Positions 46,513-57,927 are shown, counted from the stretch's first letter. The stretch is 64,000 nucleotides of DNA from an uncultured delta proteobacterium (GCA_963727445.1 CAVSGI010000021.1:672001-736000), one strand, 5' to 3'. The notes: a model not told the origin generated them from the sequence alone. Translations and numbers: made by a program.

Positions 46513-47643
46513 TCAGTCGGCGAGCGAGAGGATGCGCATCCCGACCTCGCCCTCGACCTCCACCAGCTCGCCGGTGGCGACGGCCTGACCGTTGGCGCGC
46601 AGGGTCACGCGCTCCCCGATCCCGCGGCCGGTCGCGAGCACCTCGCCCACCGCCAGAGAGGCGACCTCCGCGAGCGGCAGCGTGAACCGTGCGATCTCGA
46701 TCGACACTTCGAGAGGCACGTCGTTTGCCCGGCTCGTCGCGTCCGTCTTGGTCTGCGGCTCCATCTTCGTCCCCTCCTTTGCGCCGGGCGCGAGCCCGAC
46801 CTCGATCTTCGTGATCCGGAGCGCCTCCGGCGCGAGCGCACACCGCACCCTGAACGCATGGCCGCCAGCGAGGCGCGCGCGCACCTCGCCCGCGAAAGCG
46901 CCATTCGCCGCGGGGCGCAGCCACGACTCGTCGAGGAGCAGCGCGTCGCCCGGGCGGAGCCCGCGCAGCTCGTGATCCGCGATCGTTCCCCAGGCGGCTT
47001 CCACCAACGCCGTCAGCGGAAGCGCGAGGAGGGCTGCGCTCACGGGCGCGGCGGCTGTCGTCCTGAGCGCGGCGTCGAGGGCGCGCTCCGGCAGCCACAT
47101 CCGCGCGAGTCCGCGCGCCTCGCCCAACCACACGCTCGCCGGCAGGACCACCGCGCCCGCGTCGCCGAGCGCGCCGGCCAGCGTGCCGGCCGAGGTCGCC
47201 ACACCGCGGACCACGAAGGGCAGCCCGGCCGCGCTCACCGTCCGTGCGGCGACGTAGGCGAGGGCGCCTCGCTCCACGTCGCTGAGCGGGCCGACCGGGA
47301 CGGCGGGGTCGTCGCCTTCGCCGCCGAGCGCGCGATCACACACCAGCGCGGCCATGCGCGGGTCGAGCTCGAGCGCTGCGCGGGCGCCGAGCCCACCCCC
47401 CGCGTGCTCTAGCACGATCGCCGCCAGCGGATCGGCGAGGGCGCTGGCGAGCCCGCCCGGCGGGCAGTGCTCCAGCGGCGCGAGCTCGAAGGACACCGTC
47501 GTCCCCAGGAGCTCAAAGAGCGCCTGCTCCGGAAGTCGCGCCGAGGGCATGGCCCGCGCGACCCGCCGGAGCGGGGACAGACGCGCCCGCGCCACCCGCG
47601 GGATCCGCTCCCAGGGAAAGGGCCGAGGCTCGGACGGGGTCAT
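46513..47643 (-). CDS. sctQ: Type III secretion cytoplasmic-ring protein SctQ (FliM/FliN-like)
   Basis: Two SpoA domains: ELRGLRPGDALLL and DVPLEVSIEIAR...ATGELVEVEGEVGMRIL. Confidence 0.8.
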   Translation of the reverse strand: MTPSEPRPFPWERIPRVARARLSPLRRVARAMPSARLPEQALFELLGTTVSFELAPLEHCPPGGLASALADPLAAIVLEHAGGGLGARAALELDPRMAALVCDRALGGEGDDPAVPVGPLSDVERGALAYVAARTVSAAGLPFVVRGVATSAGTLAGALGDAGAVVLPASVWLGEARGLARMWLPERALDAALRTTAAAPVSAALLALPLTALVEAAWGTIADHELRGLRPGDALLLDESWLRPAANGAFAGEVRARLAGGHAFRVRCALAPEALRITKIEVGLAPGAKEGTKMEPQTKTDATSRANDVPLEVSIEIARFTLPLAEVASLAVGEVLATGRGIGERVTLRANGQAVATGELVEVEGEVGMRILSLAD

Positions 47644-47735
47644 GACGGCGTCTGTATCATGGCGGGGCAGGCGGCGAAATCGTGCTGCGCATCCTCGGCT
47701 TGCCAGCGCTGGCTCGCAAACCCAAGCTCCCGGCC

Positions 47736-48704
47736 GTGGTGGACGACGCCCGCACGCAGAGATTCTCGCGCTTCGCCTGGGGGCTGCTCGCGTACACGGT
47801 CGTGGTGATCCTCTGGGGCGCGTTCGTGCGCGCGACCGGCTCGGGCGCTGGCTGCGGCGAGCACTGGCCGCTGTGCAACGGCGAGGTGATCCCACGCTCG
47901 CCCGCGGTGGAGACCCTGGTCGAGCTCACGCACCGGATCACCAGCGGGCTGAGCTGGGCGCTGGCGGCGGTGGCGGTCCTGTGGTCGCGACGGGTGCATC
48001 CGGCGGGCGCGCCGGCGCGCCGCGCGGCGGGCTGGACGCTCTTGTTCATGACCACCGAGGGGCTGGTGGGCGCGGCACTGGTGCTGCGCGCGCTGGTGGC
48101 CGAGAACGCGAGCGCCGAGCGCGGCTTCTGGATGGCCGTACACCTGGTGAACACCTTCCTGCTCCTCGCCTCCATGACCCTCCTCGCGTGGCAGGCATCT
48201 GGACGGCGGCGAGTGCACGTGATGCGGCGCGGCTGGCCCATCTACGGCGCCCTCCTCGCGGTGATCTTCGTCGGGGTGAGCGGCGCGATCACCGCGCTCG
48301 GCGACACGCTCTTTCCCGCGCGCTCGCTGTCGCAAGGGCTGGCGCAGGATCTCGCCCCTTCGGCACACCTCTTCGTCCAGCTCCGCGTCTTTCATCCGCT
48401 CATCGGATTGGCCGCTGGCGCGGCGGTGCTCTTCGGCGTGGGCTACCTCTATGCGACGCGCCCCTCGCCGTCGGTACGCCGCCTCTGTGTGGGGATCTTC
48501 CTGCTCTTCTCGTTGCAGGTCGGGCTCGGCTTCCTCAACGTGGCGCTCCTCGCGCCGGTGTGGCTGCAAATCGTGCATCTGCTCGTCGCCGACCTCGTGT
48601 GGATCTCGCTGGTGCTTCTCGCCGCCGCGGGCGTCCGTGAACGCGAGGCCTCAGTCCAGGCTGACCCGCACGCCCAGCTCGCGCTCGACGGTCGCAGCGA
48701 GTGA
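47736..48704 (+). CDS. ctaA: Heme A synthase (COX15/CtaA)
   Basis: GAFVRATGSGAGCGEHWPLCNG, ELTHR, multiple TM His residues; start uncertain. Confidence 0.92.
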   Translation: MVDDARTQRFSRFAWGLLAYTVVVILWGAFVRATGSGAGCGEHWPLCNGEVIPRSPAVETLVELTHRITSGLSWALAAVAVLWSRRVHPAGAPARRAAGWTLLFMTTEGLVGAALVLRALVAENASAERGFWMAVHLVNTFLLLASMTLLAWQASGRRRVHVMRRGWPIYGALLAVIFVGVSGAITALGDTLFPARSLSQGLAQDLAPSAHLFVQLRVFHPLIGLAAGAAVLFGVGYLYATRPSPSVRRLCVGIFLLFSLQVGLGFLNVALLAPVWLQIVHLLVADLVWISLVLLAAAGVREREASVQADPHAQLALDGRSE

Positions 48705-49283
48705 CGCCGCCTCGGCGTGCGTCAGGCTCTCGGGGCTGAGCGCGACCTCGAGATCGTCTTCGAGGAGAGAGAGACGCACGTCCACGGCGCCGCGCGCACC
48801 GAGGTCGAGCTTCATCCGGAGCGCATGGCCATCCGCGCCCTGCCTGCCGATGGAGACGGAGGTCACCATGCTGTCGGCCATCGCAGCGAGCTCGGCGAGG
48901 GCCTGCGCCGTGGGATCGGTCGGCGTCACGGACTGCGAGGAGAGCGGAGCCAGGTGGGCGCCGAAGCTGCCTTCTCCGAGCACCGGCGGCGGCGGCGAAA
49001 AGGCTGCGAGCGCGCTCGCGTCGTCATCCTCCGCGAGGGCCGCGCGCTCGTCGCCATCGCTCTCGCGCTCGGGATTCGGATCCGGCTGAGGCCGCTCGAG
49101 GTGCGCCTCTCCCTTCGCCTCGAGGGGGATGGGTCCGTGGTCGGCCCCGGCCTCGGGGCGCGAGAGCCCTTCGAGTGCACGGAGAAAGGCGGAGCGTCCG
49201 CGCCGCGAGGTGCGCGGCCTGTGGCGATCGCCGGCAGCAGCGGGGGGATGGGCGGGGGCGCGCGGAGGAATTGTCCTGGCCAT
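48651..49283 (-). CDS. Putative FliK/SctP-like length-control protein
   Basis: Disordered N-terminus; C-terminal LRMKLDLGARGAVDVRLSL...LEVAL resembles the T3S4/FliK_C fold; same strand as and upstream of sctQ. Confidence 0.45.
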   Translation of the reverse strand: MARTIPPRAPAHPPAAAGDRHRPRTSRRGRSAFLRALEGLSRPEAGADHGPIPLEAKGEAHLERPQPDPNPERESDGDERAALAEDDDASALAAFSPPPPVLGEGSFGAHLAPLSSQSVTPTDPTAQALAELAAMADSMVTSVSIGRQGADGHALRMKLDLGARGAVDVRLSLLEDDLEVALSPESLTHAEAASLAATVERELGVRVSLD

Positions 49284-49361
49284 GCGCCCTTATCGAGGCG
49301 CCGGACGGGCGGTTGCGTGATCGTCCACAAAGACGGCCTTTGTGTTGTTATCCTCCCCGCC

Positions 49362-50510
<1,149 letters not shown>

Positions 50511-50591
50511 AGCGGATCTCGTGAACGCTCCATGCGCTCTGGACTTGCCCGGCGCGCCCTTTGCGCCTAGTGGACCTTCCCGTGGCGGTCC

Positions 50592-51551
50592 TTGACCGCG
50601 TTGCCGGTGCCTGTAATAAAGCGCCGCAATATCGGTGATGTGGCAGTGACGACCTCCAACGATCAGGCGCTCGACGTTCGTCCCTCCAGGGGGGCGCTCT
50701 CGACCCTGCGCGAGCTCGTCTCCCTCACCAAGCCGCGCATCACCCTGATGGTGGTCCTCACCGCCGCCGGTGGGATGTGGCTGGCGCCCGGCCATGCGTC
50801 GGTGGTGACGGTGCTGGTCGCCCTGGGCGCGCTGGCGCAGGTGGTGGCTGGCGCCAACACGCTCAACTGCTGGCTCGAGCGGGACACCGATCGGCTGATG
50901 CGTCGAACGGCGGTGCGTCCGCTCCCAGCGAAGCGTCTTTCGCCGACCCCGGCGCTGCTCTTCGGCCTCGCGTTGGGGCTCTCTTCAGTGCCCATCCTCT
51001 GGTACTGGGTCAACCCGCTCACCGCGCTCCTCGGCGCCGTCTCGCTGGTGATCTACGTCTGCGTCTACACGCCGATGAAGCAGCTCAGCTGGACCGCGCT
51101 CCTGGTCGGCGCGGTGCCCGGCGCCATGCCGCCGCTCATGGGATGGACCGCGGTGACCGGCTCCATCGACGCGCCGGGGCTGGTGCTCTTCGGCGTCCTC
51201 TTCATCTGGCAGATCCCGCACTTCCTCGCGATCGCCACCTTCCGCCGCAAGGAGTACGAGGCGGCGGGGCTCGTGGTGCTGCCCTCCGTGCACGGGGATC
51301 GCGCGGCGCGCTGGCACAGCGTCTTCTGGACGGCGCTCCTTCTGCCGCTGTCGCTGATGCTCACCTTGCTCGGGGTGGCGGGGTGGTTCTACTTCGCCGC
51401 GGCGCTGATCATGGGCGGGCACTACCTTCTCATGTCGGTGCGCGCCGTCCGGAGCCCCGCGGGCGAGACCTCGTGGTCGAAGGCGGTCTTCTTTTCGTCT
51501 CTCGCGTATCTGCCGGTCGTCTTCGCCGTGCTGATGGCCGACGCGGGCTGA
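50592..51551 (+). CDS. ctaB: Protoheme IX farnesyltransferase
   Basis: LTKPRI, D.LMRRT..RPLP, YTPMK, GAVPGAMPPLMGW, WQIPHF; start uncertain. Confidence 0.94.
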   Translation: MTALPVPVIKRRNIGDVAVTTSNDQALDVRPSRGALSTLRELVSLTKPRITLMVVLTAAGGMWLAPGHASVVTVLVALGALAQVVAGANTLNCWLERDTDRLMRRTAVRPLPAKRLSPTPALLFGLALGLSSVPILWYWVNPLTALLGAVSLVIYVCVYTPMKQLSWTALLVGAVPGAMPPLMGWTAVTGSIDAPGLVLFGVLFIWQIPHFLAIATFRRKEYEAAGLVVLPSVHGDRAARWHSVFWTALLLPLSLMLTLLGVAGWFYFAAALIMGGHYLLMSVRAVRSPAGETSWSKAVFFSSLAYLPVVFAVLMADAG

Positions 51552-51560
51552 GGCCGTCGC

Positions 51561-52142
51561 TTGCGTTTGCGTGGAGCAGCCTCGAGCCTGATGGCGGTGC
51601 TGCTCCTCGTCGTCCTCGGCTGCCACGACCAGGAAGAGCTCCCGGTGCTGGGCGAGATGCCCGCGTTCGACTTCGTCGATCAGGACGGCGAGCACTTCAC
51701 CCAGGCGGAGGTCGAGGGCAAGGTGGTGATCGCGACCTTTCTCTTCACGCGCTGCGTGACGATCTGCCCGATCCTGTCTCAGCGAACGGCCGAGATGCAG
51801 GAGCGCCTCTCGGGGGAGGGCGACGCCGTGCACTTCCTCTCGTTCAGCGTCGACCCCGAGCACGACACCCCCGAGCGCCTGCGCGAACACGGCGAGCGCT
51901 ACCACGCCGACTTCGATCGTTGGACCTTCCTCACCGGCGACATCGACGCGGTGAACGAGGTCGTCGTGCGCGGCTTCAAGCTCGCCATGGGCGAGCCTCA
52001 GCCGGGCCCGGGAGACACCATCGAGGTCATGCACTCTCCGCGCTTCGTCCTCGTCGATCGCCAGGGGCGCATCCGCGGCTACTACGAGAGCAATGAAGCG
52101 GGGATGCGCGAGCTGGAGCAGGCGGTGCGGTCGCTGCTCTGA
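51561..52142 (+). CDS. SCO family copper chaperone (lipoprotein)
   Basis: FTRCVTICP (CxxxC), SVDPEHDTPE, HS..FVLVD. Confidence 0.92.
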   Translation: MRLRGAASSLMAVLLLVVLGCHDQEELPVLGEMPAFDFVDQDGEHFTQAEVEGKVVIATFLFTRCVTICPILSQRTAEMQERLSGEGDAVHFLSFSVDPEHDTPERLREHGERYHADFDRWTFLTGDIDAVNEVVVRGFKLAMGEPQPGPGDTIEVMHSPRFVLVDRQGRIRGYYESNEAGMRELEQAVRSLL

Positions 52143-52207
52143 GGCTCGGCGCCGCGGCCGGCCTGGACCGCCGAGCAATTCCGCTTCACTTGATGTAGAC
52201 CGGCGCC

Positions 52208-53146
52208 ATGCGTCCACATCGAACCCTCCTCCTCGTCGTGATGCTCGGCTGCGGCGGACAGAGCGCCGACTCGCAGGCGGTCGCCCCCGCCGCCGTTTCG
52301 ACCACGAGCGCCTCGGGCGACGTGGATGACGGGCAGCGGATCCTGCTCTTCCGGCCCCACGCCGTCGGCGACCGCAACGAGGGCACGCTGAGGGCTCGGA
52401 GTCAGACCGTGACGCGCGTCACCGTCGACGGAGAGGTCGTGAGCAGCGACGTCGAGAGGCTCGACATCACCCTGGTCGCCGAGATGGTCGTGCAAGAGGT
52501 CAACGGGCGAGGAAAGCCCACACGGACCGAGTACACGGTTCGACGGTGTACGACCGCCGGCGAGCCGCCGCGCGAGCTGCTCCCGCCGGGCGCGGTCTTC
52601 GTCGTCACGGCCGCGGAGCCACCGGCGGACGGCTCGATCACCCTCGTCGATGGCGAGCTCTCGGAGGACCAGCGGAAGCGGCTCGACCTGGTCGTCTCCA
52701 CGCATGCCTCGACCGTGACCGACGACGACATCTTCGGAACGGCGGAGCCGCGTGGCGTCGGCGATTCGTGGGCGATCGACAGTTCGGTCGCGGCGCAGGA
52801 CCTCTCCCGAATCGCGACCCTCTCCTTCACCTCCGACGAGCTGTCGGGAGCCACGACCTTCCGGGGCACCGAGGAAGTGGAGGGGGTTTCGTGTCAGATC
52901 GTCGAGGCGGCGATGCACGGAGAGGGCTTCGAGATCACGGGACTCCCCGACGGAGCCGTGGTGCAGGACGCTTCCCTCGACCTCGAGCTGAGCGCAGATC
53001 TCCCCGTCGACACCACCATGCCTCGCCTCCGCTCCGCGAAGCACATGCACATGCAGATGACCGTCGACATCCCCACCGAGGACGGGCGGACCGCGGTCAC
53101 GACCGTGGACAACGAGAACGTGTCTACGCAGGAGATGCAGCCCTAA
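52208..53146 (+). CDS. Hypothetical lipoprotein
   Basis: Lipobox MLG-C; beta-rich body with P..VGDSW motif. Confidence 0.65.
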   Translation: MRPHRTLLLVVMLGCGGQSADSQAVAPAAVSTTSASGDVDDGQRILLFRPHAVGDRNEGTLRARSQTVTRVTVDGEVVSSDVERLDITLVAEMVVQEVNGRGKPTRTEYTVRRCTTAGEPPRELLPPGAVFVVTAAEPPADGSITLVDGELSEDQRKRLDLVVSTHASTVTDDDIFGTAEPRGVGDSWAIDSSVAAQDLSRIATLSFTSDELSGATTFRGTEEVEGVSCQIVEAAMHGEGFEITGLPDGAVVQDASLDLELSADLPVDTTMPRLRSAKHMHMQMTVDIPTEDGRTAVTTVDNENVSTQEMQP

Positions 53147-53150
53147 CCGC

Positions 53151-55106
53151 TCAGTCCGGGTCGCACACGCCGTCGCAGAAGGACGTGATCGTTCCGTCGT
53201 GAAGGTAGCTCGAGAGCTGCTCGCGGAGCGCGGTGAGCGCGATGGCGTTCGTGTGCGTGCCGTTGTCGGGCGGGAGGCGTGTGCCGGGCAGGAGCGGGTC
53301 GGCGCCCATGTCGTACATCACCTGGCCGGAGCGCAAACCGTCGCCATACGCGGTGGTCGGTACCTCGTAGGGCTCGTAGGGTGACGGCGTGACGTGCGAG
53401 AGGCCGGCGACCCTGGCCAGGTAGTCGCTCGAGAGGTTGTTCACGTAGCTGTCGTTCAGCACGGTCTGCAGGAGCAGCTGCTTGTCGGGCGAGCCGGGGA
53501 GCGGCTCGTTCAGGATCAGCGGAGCGAAGGTCGCGCCGTCCGCGAGATCCCACAGATGCGCGCTCATCGCGAGGAGGATGTCCCGGCCTCGCTTGTCCGT
53601 GTAGGTCGAGTTCAGGACCAGGTTGAACCCCGCGAACGCGAAGGAGCGCGAGATGAGCGTCGGCCAGTGCGTGCCGCCGATGACGAAGGCGAAGCGACCG
53701 ATGTCGGGGGTGAGCGCGGCGAAGACCGAGCCGTTGACCGCCCCGCCGCTCACGCCGAGATAGCGGAGGTCCGTGGTGTCGATCTTCCGTACGCCGCCGA
53801 CGTTCCACTCGGCGAGCTCACCGCAATCGCCCTTCATGTTCCGGCTGAGCGTGATGAAGTTCACCATCGCCTGCATGAGGCGCTCGGGGATCTCGACGAG
53901 GCGGGACAGGTCGTCGACCTCCTCGAAGAGCGTCGTGATGTCGAGGTGGCTCAGGCCCCAGTAATCGGTACCGATGGCGGCCATGCCCATCTCTTCGAAG
54001 ACCGTCGATATCGGGTGCTCGAGGCCGATGCCGCCTTCGCCCTCGTCGACCGAGAGGTTGGGCGCCTCTCCGAGGAGGCCGTGGCCGAAGATCGCCACCG
54101 GGACCGGGCCGGCCGCCTCGGCGGCGCTGACCGGAACGATGGCGACGAAGCGCGCCTGCCCCATCCCTTGGAACTCCGGAAGGCCGTCCGCGCCCCGAAC
54201 GATGCGCGCCCCCGGCTCCTCGCTCTCGGCGTAGAGCGGCACCTCGAAGGTGCCGGAGAAGCGCCGGTAGATGACGCTCGAGCCGAAGTCTTCTTCGGAG
54301 GTCTCGACCGTGCACGTGGTCCCGCGTTCACCGATGCGGGAGAGCGCGTCGTCGCGCATGGCGAGGAGGTCCCGGCGGATGCCGTCGAGGGTGCCGGTGC
54401 GGAAGTCCCATGCCTCGATGAGCGTCGCACGTTCGATCCCGGCGTCCGCGAGGATGGCGAAGACCTCGTCGAAGGTCGCGCGCCGCGCCTCGAGCTCGTC
54501 CGTGCTCGTCGTCGTGCCGTCCCGGAGGGCGGCGAAGTACGAGGATGGCGGGACGGGCGCGCCATCCTCGTAGGTGAGCGCGCGGATGGCGACGACGTAG
54601 CGGTGGTCCTCGGCGAGCGGTCGGATCGGGCGCAGATAGAGCGTGGTCTGTGCGGGATCGCCGCCGGGCCACTCGTCGATCTCCGCGATGTGAGCGACGC
54701 GCTCGCCGGTGTCGGCGTCGAGGAGCACGGTGGGCGAGTCGGGCGCGAGGCTCCGCGCGATGTCTGTCTCGGAGGCGAGGACGCTCGTGTCGAGCGCGCC
54801 GCCGTCCACCACGGTCGCGATCGGGGTGTGGACGCTGAATCCGTCGAAGCGATTGTAAGGAGCAGGATCCACGCCATTGCCCATGCGATCGCGCAGCATG
54901 GCTTCGGGTGGGATCTCGATGCGCCGGCCGGTGCTGGTGTCCGAATCATCGACGAGGTAGCGGCTCGAGGGGTAGGGCGCCATGCAGCTGCCCGGATTGA
55001 GGTTCTCGCACTCGGGCCGCGAGACGTCGATGGCGGGTACGGGCGCGTCGCCGCCACACGCCATCAGGCCGAGGAGCAAGCAGCAAGGTGCCGAGACCGT
55101 CCGCAT
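53151..55106 (-). CDS. Lipoprotein with alpha/beta-hydrolase (lipase-like) domain
   Basis: Lipobox LMA-C; PYPS, NRFDGFS, FGHGLLG, nucleophile elbow YLGVSGG. Confidence 0.75.
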   Translation of the reverse strand: MRTVSAPCCLLLGLMACGGDAPVPAIDVSRPECENLNPGSCMAPYPSSRYLVDDSDTSTGRRIEIPPEAMLRDRMGNGVDPAPYNRFDGFSVHTPIATVVDGGALDTSVLASETDIARSLAPDSPTVLLDADTGERVAHIAEIDEWPGGDPAQTTLYLRPIRPLAEDHRYVVAIRALTYEDGAPVPPSSYFAALRDGTTTSTDELEARRATFDEVFAILADAGIERATLIEAWDFRTGTLDGIRRDLLAMRDDALSRIGERGTTCTVETSEEDFGSSVIYRRFSGTFEVPLYAESEEPGARIVRGADGLPEFQGMGQARFVAIVPVSAAEAAGPVPVAIFGHGLLGEAPNLSVDEGEGGIGLEHPISTVFEEMGMAAIGTDYWGLSHLDITTLFEEVDDLSRLVEIPERLMQAMVNFITLSRNMKGDCGELAEWNVGGVRKIDTTDLRYLGVSGGAVNGSVFAALTPDIGRFAFVIGGTHWPTLISRSFAFAGFNLVLNSTYTDKRGRDILLAMSAHLWDLADGATFAPLILNEPLPGSPDKQLLLQTVLNDSYVNNLSSDYLARVAGLSHVTPSPYEPYEVPTTAYGDGLRSGQVMYDMGADPLLPGTRLPPDNGTHTNAIALTALREQLSSYLHDGTITSFCDGVCDPD

Positions 55107-55165
55107 CGCGGCCAAGCTACGCGGCTCCCGGGTCGCGTGCCACCCGGCGCGGCGCGGCAGATGCG

Positions 55166-56206
55166 TCAATCTCCTCGCGCCAGCTCCGACACCACCCGCG
55201 TGAGCCCCAAAGTCGCTCGCGCCAGCCGCTCGTAGTCGAGCTCCTCGGGGAGGTCGGTGGGCTCGTGGTAGTGCGGGTTTCGGAAGAGCGCGGTGTCGGT
55301 GATCATGATCGCCCTGTAGCCCGACTGCCAGAAGGACCAGTGATCGGACCAGTCGACGCCAGGGATGCTGGCTGGGAGGGCGGCGCCCTCCGAGGGCAGG
55401 GCGGTGTCCTCGCGGAAGGTCGCGACCGAGCGATGCAGCAGATCGCGGGAGCTCACGTCCGAGACGAAGCCGAGGAAGTTGCCGGTGTCCGGAAAGAAGA
55501 GGCTCAGGGGAAAGGGATAGCGCTGGGTGTCGGCCTCGTCGCGAAAGTACGCCATCGTCTCCAGGCTGAGCATGGCGACCACGTCGGCGTTCTGCGCCGA
55601 CAGGGCGCGCGCATGAACCAGGCTGCCCATGTGCTCTGACTGAAACCAGGGCGGCTCCTCGTTGACGAAGGCGACGAAACGGAGGGTGCGCGCGGGGGAC
55701 CGTCCCGAGAAGGCGCGCGCGAGGGCCAGGAGCACCGCGACGCCGGAGGCGTTGTCGTCGGCGCCCGGGGTGCCGGGCGCAGAGTCGTAGTGCGCGCCCA
55801 CCACCACCATCTCCCCCGCCCGCGCGTCGCCTTCGACCTCGACCCAGAGGTTTTCGACCTCGTCGCCGCTCACGTCGTAGCGCTCTCGTTGCACGTCGTA
55901 GCCCTGCGCTTCGAAGGCCTGGGTGACCCAGTCCCGCGCGGCCACCAGGGCCTCGGGGTGAAGGAGGTTCCGCTCGCCAATCTCCTCTGAGAGCGTCCGG
56001 ACATCCGCCTCGAGGGCAGCCGCGAGGGCGCGCTCTTCGTCGGTCGCCGCCGGAATGGGCCCCGAAAAAGAGTCGCCCGGCAGCCACAGGGCGTAAGCGA
56101 CCGCGAGGAACAGGCCGACGAAGAACGAGACGTAGAACGCGATGCGGATGCGGAGCCAGCGGCGCGCCCGTGCATCACGCGCCGGATCTGGGTTCTCCTC
56201 CGTCAC
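55166..56206 (-). CDS. M28 family metallopeptidase
   Basis: VGAHYDS, PGADDNASG, NEEPP, LET, SDH, HYHEPTD. Confidence 0.92.
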   Translation of the reverse strand: MTEENPDPARDARARRWLRIRIAFYVSFFVGLFLAVAYALWLPGDSFSGPIPAATDEERALAAALEADVRTLSEEIGERNLLHPEALVAARDWVTQAFEAQGYDVQRERYDVSGDEVENLWVEVEGDARAGEMVVVGAHYDSAPGTPGADDNASGVAVLLALARAFSGRSPARTLRFVAFVNEEPPWFQSEHMGSLVHARALSAQNADVVAMLSLETMAYFRDEADTQRYPFPLSLFFPDTGNFLGFVSDVSSRDLLHRSVATFREDTALPSEGAALPASIPGVDWSDHWSFWQSGYRAIMITDTALFRNPHYHEPTDLPEELDYERLARATLGLTRVVSELARGD

Positions 56207-57058
56207 CTATTGGCAGGTGCGGGCGCGGGCGATCTCGCGGAGCTTGGTGCGGGCGCGGGCGACGAAGGTCGAGCGGCGGAAGTTGCGGATCAGGGTGTTC
56301 AGGACGTCGCGCGCCTCGTCGCACTGATTGAGCGCGAAGAAAGCGTTCCCCATGTCCCAGAGGGTCTCGTCCACCGCGTCTTCGCGCGGATAGTCGCTGA
56401 TGATCTTGCGGAACTCCTGGATGGCGTTCGCCGGTCGCTCCTGTCGGAGGTAACTCTTGCCGATCCAGTACAGGGCGTTGTCCGCCTGGTCGTCGCGCGG
56501 GTAGCGCGTGACGTAGGCGCGGAAGAGCGCCCGCGACAGTCCGAACTCGTTCTGCTGATAAGCGCGATATCCCGCCGCGTAGTGCTCGTCCTTGTCCGAA
56601 GGGATCTCGCTCTCGTCGAGCTGGACGTCCACGCCCGCACGCCGCGCGAGCTTCTCGATCTGATTGTCGAGCTCCTGCCGCTGGCTCGCGATCGCCTGAT
56701 CGCGGGCGGCGATCTCCTGGCGCAAGGTGGCGATCTCGCCCTCGAGCACGCCGATCTGCTCCCGCAGATGCTCGACCTCGAGACCCAGGTCGGCGCTGTT
56801 GCGGGTGACGACCTTGGTGGCCTTCTGCAGCACCTCTTCGAGGCGGGCGACCTGCGACTTGGCGCGGTTCACCTCGTCGGTCAGCTCCTGGCGCTCTCGC
56901 GTGATGCCTTCCTCGAGGCTCGACAGCCGCTGCTCGTGGTCCTCGGTGGTCTCCTCGAGCTCGACGCCCTGAGTGCGCGTCGTCCACAGAAAGCAGCCGC
57001 TCAAGCCGATGCTGAGCGCGGCGAGGAGCGTCGCCTTGGCGGTGCGGGTGTGGATCAC
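56207..57058 (-). CDS. cpoB: Tol-Pal system protein CpoB/YbgF
   Basis: Lipobox, coiled coil, TPRs (ADNALYWIG); directly after pal. Confidence 0.85.
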   Translation of the reverse strand: MIHTRTAKATLLAALSIGLSGCFLWTTRTQGVELEETTEDHEQRLSSLEEGITRERQELTDEVNRAKSQVARLEEVLQKATKVVTRNSADLGLEVEHLREQIGVLEGEIATLRQEIAARDQAIASQRQELDNQIEKLARRAGVDVQLDESEIPSDKDEHYAAGYRAYQQNEFGLSRALFRAYVTRYPRDDQADNALYWIGKSYLRQERPANAIQEFRKIISDYPREDAVDETLWDMGNAFFALNQCDEARDVLNTLIRNFRRSTFVARARTKLREIARARTCQ

Positions 57059-57693
57059 CGGCCGGTGAACTCCACTTTCCGATCGCGGGCCCAGCTGCTC
57101 TCGTCGCTGCCGCTCGCCATCTCCTCACCCATGGAGGAGGAGGTGACCGAGCCGGAGTCGAGGCCGAGGGACACCATGTAGTTCGCGACGGCGCGCGCGC
57201 GGCGATCGCCGAGCGCGAGGTTGTACTCCTCGGTGCCGCGCGGATCGCAGTGACCGGTGACGTGCACGCCGCTCATGTTCCGCTCCTGCATGCAGCTCAC
57301 GTTGGTCTGGATGGCGTTGCGCGCAGCGCTGTCGAGCTCGTCGGCGTCGAAAGCGAAGTACACCGGGGTGAGACTGCAGCCGGGGCCGGTGTCCGGGGGC
57401 GGCAGATCGGACTGGGTCTGCGCCGGAGCGACGCAGCGGTTGTTGCGACACTCCTGACCACCGGGGCAGTCCGAGGCGGACTCGCAGAACCCGGAGATCG
57501 GCTCACAAGCGCCTGCGCTACAGGCCTGGCCGGTCGGGCAATCCGCGTCGGTCCGACACATCTGGCACTGCCCGTTCACGCAGTACTCGCCCTCGTGGCA
57601 GTCCTCGTCGTTGTCGCATTTGGGGTAGGTCGGCCCGCACCCCGCCCCGAGGGCGACAAGTGCGGCTGTGGAGAGCATCAGCAATCGCTTCAT
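57055..57693 (-). CDS. pal: Pal/OmpA-family lipoprotein with N-terminal Cys-rich repeats
   Basis: VYFAFD, GHCDPRGTEEYNLALGDRRA, SMGEE, DRKVEF; three C..x.DC..G..C....C repeats. Confidence 0.88.
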   Translation of the reverse strand: MKRLLMLSTAALVALGAGCGPTYPKCDNDEDCHEGEYCVNGQCQMCRTDADCPTGQACSAGACEPISGFCESASDCPGGQECRNNRCVAPAQTQSDLPPPDTGPGCSLTPVYFAFDADELDSAARNAIQTNVSCMQERNMSGVHVTGHCDPRGTEEYNLALGDRRARAVANYMVSLGLDSGSVTSSSMGEEMASGSDESSWARDRKVEFTGR

Positions 57694-57927
57694 GATTGGT
57701 CTTTCCCCCGAGGGCGGTTTCCCCGCTGTTTCCGCGGCCTGTGGGTCGGTCCCTGGGGCGCGTACAGCGTGCGGTTAGCGCCTGAACCCGCCTTCTGTCA
57801 ACGACCGATGCGAGGGACCGCATTCCAAAGTGGGCGAAACCCGGGGCCTCGCCTCGCGTCGAGGCACGGCTTGGCACGAATCATGGTTCGGAGTGCCCGA
57901 AATTCTTTGGTTTGCACCGAGTCCGCC

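Noticed and set aside
57871..57888. TTGGCACGAATCATGGTT as a sigma54 promoter
   Set aside because: Good -24 box but no GC at -12; the site at 57928 fits better.
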